A stretch of DNA of 64,000 nt from Tepidisphaera sp. (GTDB taxonomy: Bacteria > Planctomycetota > Phycisphaerae > Phycisphaerales > UBA1924): positions 3,136,001 through 3,200,000 of the forward strand of contig CP051526.1 in NCBI GenBank assembly GCA_050916045.1, written 5' to 3'. How positions within the stretch are numbered: the stretch's first letter is position 1; each line of letters opens with the position of its first letter. The position numbers and the translations under genes were made by a program. Below are positions 59,454 through 64,000 of the stretch, in pieces. Under the pieces are notes generated by a model. It was not told the origin of the DNA. It ran no database searches and was given only the letters and a program-made list of their open reading frames with translations.

Positions 59454-60394
59454 TCGAGATCCGCAACCTTACGAAACGCTACGGGGCGCTCACCGCGATC
59501 GACAATCTCTCCCTTTCGCTTGGGAAGGGGGAGATCTTCGGATTCATCGGGCCCAACGGCGCGGGGAAGACGACGACGATGAAGGTCTTGGCGTGCCTGC
59601 TCAAGCAGGACTCGGGCGAAGCGTTCATCGACGGGTGCGACACACGCAAGGACGGTGACCGCATCCGCCGCATCATCGGGTACATGCCCGACTTCATCGG
59701 CGTGTACGACGACCTGACGGTGGACGAGTACCTCCAGTTTTTCGCCGCGGCGTTCCAGATTCCCCGGGCCCGCCGCCGGAGCATCGTGGACAACGTGCTG
59801 GACCTGACGGATCTGACGAGCAAGCGGCACGCGATGGTCGAATCCCTGTCGCGCGGGATGACGCAGCGTCTGGGCGTCGCGCGGGTGCTGATCCACGATC
59901 CGAAGGTTCTGCTGCTCGACGAGCCTGCTTCGGGCCTTGACCCCCGGGCCCGGATCGAGATGAGGTCGCTCCTCACGGAGCTTGGCAAGATGGGCAAGAC
60001 GCTCATCATCTCCTCGCACATCCTGTCGGAGCTTGGCGAGATGTCGACCTCGATCGGCATTATCGAGCGCGGCAAGCTGCTCTACTCGGGCACGATGAAG
60101 GACGCGCTCAACAAAGCGCGGTCCGGCGAACGCATCGAGGTCGCTCTTCAGCCGGACTCCGCCGCTCCCGAACTTGTGAAAGCCGCGATCGAGCGGGACC
60201 ACCGGGTCGCGCGGGTGGCTCAGCAGCCCGAATCACCGCAATCGCTTTTCGTGGACCTCGTTCCCGGCGAGCATGGGCACCATTTCCTGATCGAAAGCGT
60301 CATCGCGGCCGGCGGCAAGCTTGCCGCGTTCCGCCCCGTTGAGATCAAGCTCGAAGACGCGTTCCTCAAGCTCACGACCGGAGCGCTGCAATGA
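59450..60394 (+). CDS. ABC transporter ATP-binding protein
   Basis: GPNGAGKTT, LSRGM, LLLDEP, SSHIL; TTG start overlapping the upstream stop. Confidence 0.95.
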   Translation: MIEIRNLTKRYGALTAIDNLSLSLGKGEIFGFIGPNGAGKTTTMKVLACLLKQDSGEAFIDGCDTRKDGDRIRRIIGYMPDFIGVYDDLTVDEYLQFFAAAFQIPRARRRSIVDNVLDLTDLTSKRHAMVESLSRGMTQRLGVARVLIHDPKVLLLDEPASGLDPRARIEMRSLLTELGKMGKTLIISSHILSELGEMSTSIGIIERGKLLYSGTMKDALNKARSGERIEVALQPDSAAPELVKAAIERDHRVARVAQQPESPQSLFVDLVPGEHGHHFLIESVIAAGGKLAAFRPVEIKLEDAFLKLTTGALQ

Positions 60395-62448
60395 GCGAAG
60401 CACCCCCGCCCGAGTCCGCACCGCCGCCCCCGCAGGCCGCGAGCGTCGCCGTCAGCACCGGCGCGAGCGCCGCTCCGCTGCGTCGCGGGGGTATGCTCGA
60501 GAATCTCAAGTCGGCTTTCCGCATTGATTTTCCCGGGCCGGTCTTCCAGAAGGAAGTGCTTTCGAGCCAGCGGAAGTTCACCGCGTTTGCGAGCCGGATG
60601 GTGTACGTGCTTGTGCTGGGCGGCATCCTCTGGATCGTCTACTACGCCATCAAGCAGCGAGCGGACTTCAGCTCAAGCCCTGTCCGAACGCTCCAGTCGC
60701 TCCAGTCCGTCGCGCCCTCGCTCACCGCGGCGGTGCTTTGGGTGCAGGCGTGCTTGCTGACGCTGCTTGCGCCGGGCATGACCTGCAGCGCGTTCTCTGA
60801 AGAGCGCCGCAAGCGGACGCTTGATGTTCTGCTGACGTCGCCCATTCGTCCGTGGCAGATCGTGATGGGCAAGCTTCTCTCGGGCGTCGCGGCCTTGGGC
60901 GTCATCGCTCTGTGCGCCCTGCCGGTGCTTCTGGCGGTGCGCGTGTTCGGAGGCGTGCAGGCGGAGTACATCTTCGGCGCCTTCGCGCTTTCGCTTTCGC
61001 TGGGCACGCTGATGGCGGCGCTCTCAATGCTCTGCTCGCTGTGGTGCAAGAAAGCCTCCACGGCGATGTTTCTCGCGTTCATCTTTTTCTGCCTTGTCCA
61101 CGGGCTTCCAATCCTGATCGCGGCGACCGTCGGCCTCCTGGGTGCCGCCGGAGCGGGCCCTCCCACGGGCGTGGTTGAGCAGATGCTCCTGGTCTCGGCT
61201 CCCGTCTCGCTTTTCTCGCTCTCCTCGGGCATCGTGGACCTGGGGGTCCCGTTGAGCGCGACGAAGGGGTGGATCGGGGGCACGATCTACAACCTGGCTG
61301 TCACCGCCGCGATCTTCGCGTTCTGCACGATGGTCCTGCGCCGGGTGATGCTCGCGCTCGCCGCGGGTGACTCGCCCAACACCGTCGCGGTCGGGCGCGT
61401 CGCGATCGCCCGCGGACAGCCCGCCATCGCCGCCGCTTCCAACCGCACGGACCCCACCACCGCCGCGACCGGCATCGCCGGGCTTTCGACGGGCTCAAGC
61501 CCCGGGGAAGAGCGGGAGGAACCGCTCTTGAAGCGGAAAGCCGGGCGGGGTCCTCTCCACCGGAAGACGAGCCGCGAGGTGGGCGACCAGCCGGTTCTCT
61601 GGCGCGAACTGACGCAGCCGCTTTTCAAGCGTCCGGTCATCGGCATTCTCAGCATCATCGCGCTTGCGGGATTTTCGCTCTGGATCTTCGCCATCAGCCG
61701 CTGGGGCGGGGGCCGCGATCACGAGATGCATCTGTTCATCACGAACATGATCTTCTCGGTCGTGATGCTGCTTCAGGCTTCGACGCTGACGGTGGCGGGG
61801 TTCCCCGCGGAGCGCGAAGCCAAGACCTGGGACGTTCTGCTGTGCGCGCCGCTGACGGCGCAGGCTCTGGTCTTTGGCAAGTTCGCCGGTGCTCTGCGGT
61901 CGCTCTGGCTGATGCCGTCGGTGGTGCTTGTCAATCTGTCCCTGCTCGGCGTTGTGGCGGGGACGGTGGCGCCGATCGTGGTGCTTCACGCAGCGCTCAT
62001 CTTCGGCGGCCCGCTGATCTTCCTGGCCGCGCTGGGAACGCGACTCTCGCTGGCGGCGCGAAGCTCCGGAGCCGCGAGCATGCGGGCGACGGGGATCGCC
62101 CTTGCGCTGTGGGCCGGTCTTCCCATCATCGGCGGCGTCATGTGGCTGCTGCTTGATGTGTACAACCTCGAGCGGTCGGGGCTGAAGTTCCTCGCCGATC
62201 GGTACATGGACGCGGCGTTCTTCATCAATCCGATCTACAACTTCGGGTGCGCCCTCGAGGGGGGGGCGACGGAGACGGGGTTCAACCGGGAGTACCAGAT
62301 TTTCAGTCCGGAGACCCGGCTTGAGGTGAGCGCCGGCACGTTCACGTTCGCGATGCTCGGGATGCTCGGGATTTACCTTGGCGCCGCGTTGCTCCTGCTT
62401 CGCTGGTCGGCCGCCGTCTTCGCGAAGAAGTCCGGCCGCACGTCCTGA
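60391..62448 (+). CDS. ABC-2 type permease with duplicated permease domains
   Basis: Two copies of ER..TxDVLL..P......GK. Confidence 0.88.
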   Translation: MSEAPPPESAPPPPQAASVAVSTGASAAPLRRGGMLENLKSAFRIDFPGPVFQKEVLSSQRKFTAFASRMVYVLVLGGILWIVYYAIKQRADFSSSPVRTLQSLQSVAPSLTAAVLWVQACLLTLLAPGMTCSAFSEERRKRTLDVLLTSPIRPWQIVMGKLLSGVAALGVIALCALPVLLAVRVFGGVQAEYIFGAFALSLSLGTLMAALSMLCSLWCKKASTAMFLAFIFFCLVHGLPILIAATVGLLGAAGAGPPTGVVEQMLLVSAPVSLFSLSSGIVDLGVPLSATKGWIGGTIYNLAVTAAIFAFCTMVLRRVMLALAAGDSPNTVAVGRVAIARGQPAIAAASNRTDPTTAATGIAGLSTGSSPGEEREEPLLKRKAGRGPLHRKTSREVGDQPVLWRELTQPLFKRPVIGILSIIALAGFSLWIFAISRWGGGRDHEMHLFITNMIFSVVMLLQASTLTVAGFPAEREAKTWDVLLCAPLTAQALVFGKFAGALRSLWLMPSVVLVNLSLLGVVAGTVAPIVVLHAALIFGGPLIFLAALGTRLSLAARSSGAASMRATGIALALWAGLPIIGGVMWLLLDVYNLERSGLKFLADRYMDAAFFINPIYNFGCALEGGATETGFNREYQIFSPETRLEVSAGTFTFAMLGMLGIYLGAALLLLRWSAAVFAKKSGRTS

Positions 62449-62495
62449 GAGGCGTTCAAGAGAAGCCGAAGAGTTGCGGTTTTTTTGCTTGCGGC

Positions 62496-62523
62496 TTGAC
62501 ATATTCCCATATGGGCATATGCT
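62496..62523 (+). promoter_or_regulatory. sigma70 promoter overlapped by a palindromic operator
   Basis: TTGACA-N16-TATGCT with ATATTCCCATATGGGCATAT (62501-62520). Confidence 0.75.
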
Positions 62524-62529
62524 GTGGTC

Positions 62530-62880
62530 ATGGCACGTTCCGCCACCACCCTCGACGCTTTCAGCGCCATCGCCGAGCCCAAGCGGCGCGAGCTTCTGAA
62601 CTGCCTGGCTTCGGGCGAGCGCGACGTCTCGCAGCTGATCGCCCAGCTCGGCTGGCCGCAGTCCGCGGTGTCCAAGCATCTGAGCGTGCTCCGCGCGGTC
62701 AATCTGGTCAGCGTCCGCGCCGAGGGCCGCAAACGCTCGTACCGCATCAACGGCGACGAACTGAGAACCATCCACGATTGGGCCGCCATGTTCGAGAAAC
62801 ACTGGTCGAATCAGCTCATCCGCATCAAGCGGCGCGCCGAGCAGGCATCGAGCCCTCGGCAAGCCGCGCCTCGCACGTGA
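62530..62880 (+). CDS. ArsR/SmtB family transcriptional regulator
   Basis: FSAIAEPKRRELL, QSAVSKHLSVLR, GRKRSY. Confidence 0.93.
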   Translation: MARSATTLDAFSAIAEPKRRELLNCLASGERDVSQLIAQLGWPQSAVSKHLSVLRAVNLVSVRAEGRKRSYRINGDELRTIHDWAAMFEKHWSNQLIRIKRRAEQASSPRQAAPRT

Positions 62881-62920
62881 CCTTTCTCCCGCCCGCTCAC
62901 CATCCGTTCAAGGAGCCCCC

Positions 62921-63391
62921 ATGACCACGGCTATCGACAGGGACAGCATCCACACGCTCGACATTCGCCAGGAGATCATGATTGACGCGGCGCCCGATGT
63001 GGCGTTCCAAGCTCTTCTCGAAGAGCTTGGGCCCGGGAGCGTGATGCCCGACGGCAAGCCGTTCCCGATGACGATCGAGCCGTGGGTCGGCGGCCGCTGG
63101 TTCCGCGACCTGGGCGAAGCGGGCGGATACAAGTACGGGCATCTGTGGGGCCACGTGCAGGTGATCAAGGCTCCGACGCTGCTCGAACTCGCGGGCCCGA
63201 TGCCGATGTCCTTCCCCGCGATGAACCATGTGCAGTACCGGCTGACGGCGGAGGGGAGGGGCACTCGGCTGTCGGTTGTTCATCGCGCGATGGGCTTGAT
63301 TCCGCAGGATTTCCGCGACGGCATGCCGGAGGGGTGGGCTCACGGGCTCAGGCGTGTCAAGCAGATCGCGGAGAGCAAAGCAAAGCGCTGA
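62921..63391 (+). CDS. SRPBCC/AHSA1-like domain protein
   Basis: IMIDAAPDVAF, GGRWFRDLG, GTRLSVVH, EGW; AAGGAG SD; follows ArsR. Confidence 0.88.
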   Translation: MTTAIDRDSIHTLDIRQEIMIDAAPDVAFQALLEELGPGSVMPDGKPFPMTIEPWVGGRWFRDLGEAGGYKYGHLWGHVQVIKAPTLLELAGPMPMSFPAMNHVQYRLTAEGRGTRLSVVHRAMGLIPQDFRDGMPEGWAHGLRRVKQIAESKAKR

Positions 63392-63431
63392 TGCGAGCTT
63401 TGCGCAGCGGGTGAGCGGAGCGAGACTGCTT

Positions 63432-64000
63432 TCAGCGAGGGTGTGAAGTCGCGGCTGCCGCGAGTTTCACGACATCCTCGGCGCACCCCCAGCAGAGCGT
63501 GTAGCCGGAGCCGCCGTGGCCGTAGTTGTGGATGATGCGGGGGTCATGGGGATCATGCTCGAGCCTGACGGAGGGGCGGTAGGGCCGGAGGCCGACGGCT
63601 TCGCGGATGATGGGGCCAGGGGCGAAACCACGGGCGCGGGCGCGGGCGAGGATGGAGTCGCGCGTGGCTTGGCTTGGCACGAGGGGGCGGTCGTCGGGGC
63701 TTGCTTCGACGACGCCGCCGATGACGACCTCGGTTCGCCTTGGGATGACGTAGAACGAGCCGCCGTTGTGCTCGGAGTCGTGCGAGACGGAGACGGAGAG
63801 GTCGATCTGGGCGGGTTCGCAGACGACGACGTGGCCGTAGAGGGCCCGCAGGGTTTCGTCACGGGCGAGCATCCGCGCGCCGAGCCCGGAGCAGTTGACC
63901 ACGACATCGCCGGGGACCTCGGCGAGGGTGGTGAACCGTTTGGTGATGATCGGTCGCGTGAGCTGACGCTCAAGCCAGGGCATGAAGACGGGGGATTCGG
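63432..64000 (-). CDS. FAD-dependent D-amino-acid oxidase family protein (5' part outside window)
   Basis: VVNCSGLGAR, YVIPR, GLRPYR, HNYGHGGSGYTLCWG. Confidence 0.9.
   Translation of the reverse strand, partial: ESPVFMPWLERQLTRPIITKRFTTLAEVPGDVVVNCSGLGARMLARDETLRALYGHVVVCEPAQIDLSVSVSHDSEHNGGSFYVIPRRTEVVIGGVVEASPDDRPLVPSQATRDSILARARARGFAPGPIIREAVGLRPYRPSVRLEHDPHDPRIIHNYGHGGSGYTLCWGCAEDVVKLAAAATSHPR

Overview
High-GC bacterial chromosome segment, most consistent with a Planctomycetota (Phycisphaerales-like) genome. This assignment is inferred from GC-type dockerin C-termini, a prepilin/H-X9-DG-type protein and Zn-ribbon membrane proteins. 1-8.2 kb holds the S10/spc ribosomal protein cluster (rpsJ to rplE, minus strand). 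8.4-29 kb carries housekeeping and secreted-protein genes (ruvB, ADP-ribosylglycohydrolase, cdsA, aroK, topA, asnB, GH13, BtpA, POT transporter, PilZ). 29.3-33.9 kb is a Met biosynthesis operon. It is followed by a GNAT, tRNA-Leu(GAG), an accessory patch (35.7-39.5 kb), accC-accB-M24 peptidase, a second accessory patch (43-46 kb), a MoxR/VWA/DUF58/ABC cluster, ArsR-SRPBCC and a partial D-amino-acid oxidase. Top observations: (1) an unannotated 26-codon Met/Cys-rich leader ORF with its own promoter and SD in front of the Met operon, a candidate ribosome-mediated sulfur-amino-acid attenuator; (2) uL22 fused to an N-terminal XRE/Cro-like HTH; (3) a ~400-nt GNRA-hairpin-rich putative structured RNA between rplC and rplD, plus an intrinsic terminator right after rpsJ; (4) many apparently leaderless genes; (5) two genes interrupted by single in-frame stops; (6) a strand-skew switch near 36.9 kb. 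All calls come from reading the sequence by eye. No searches were run.
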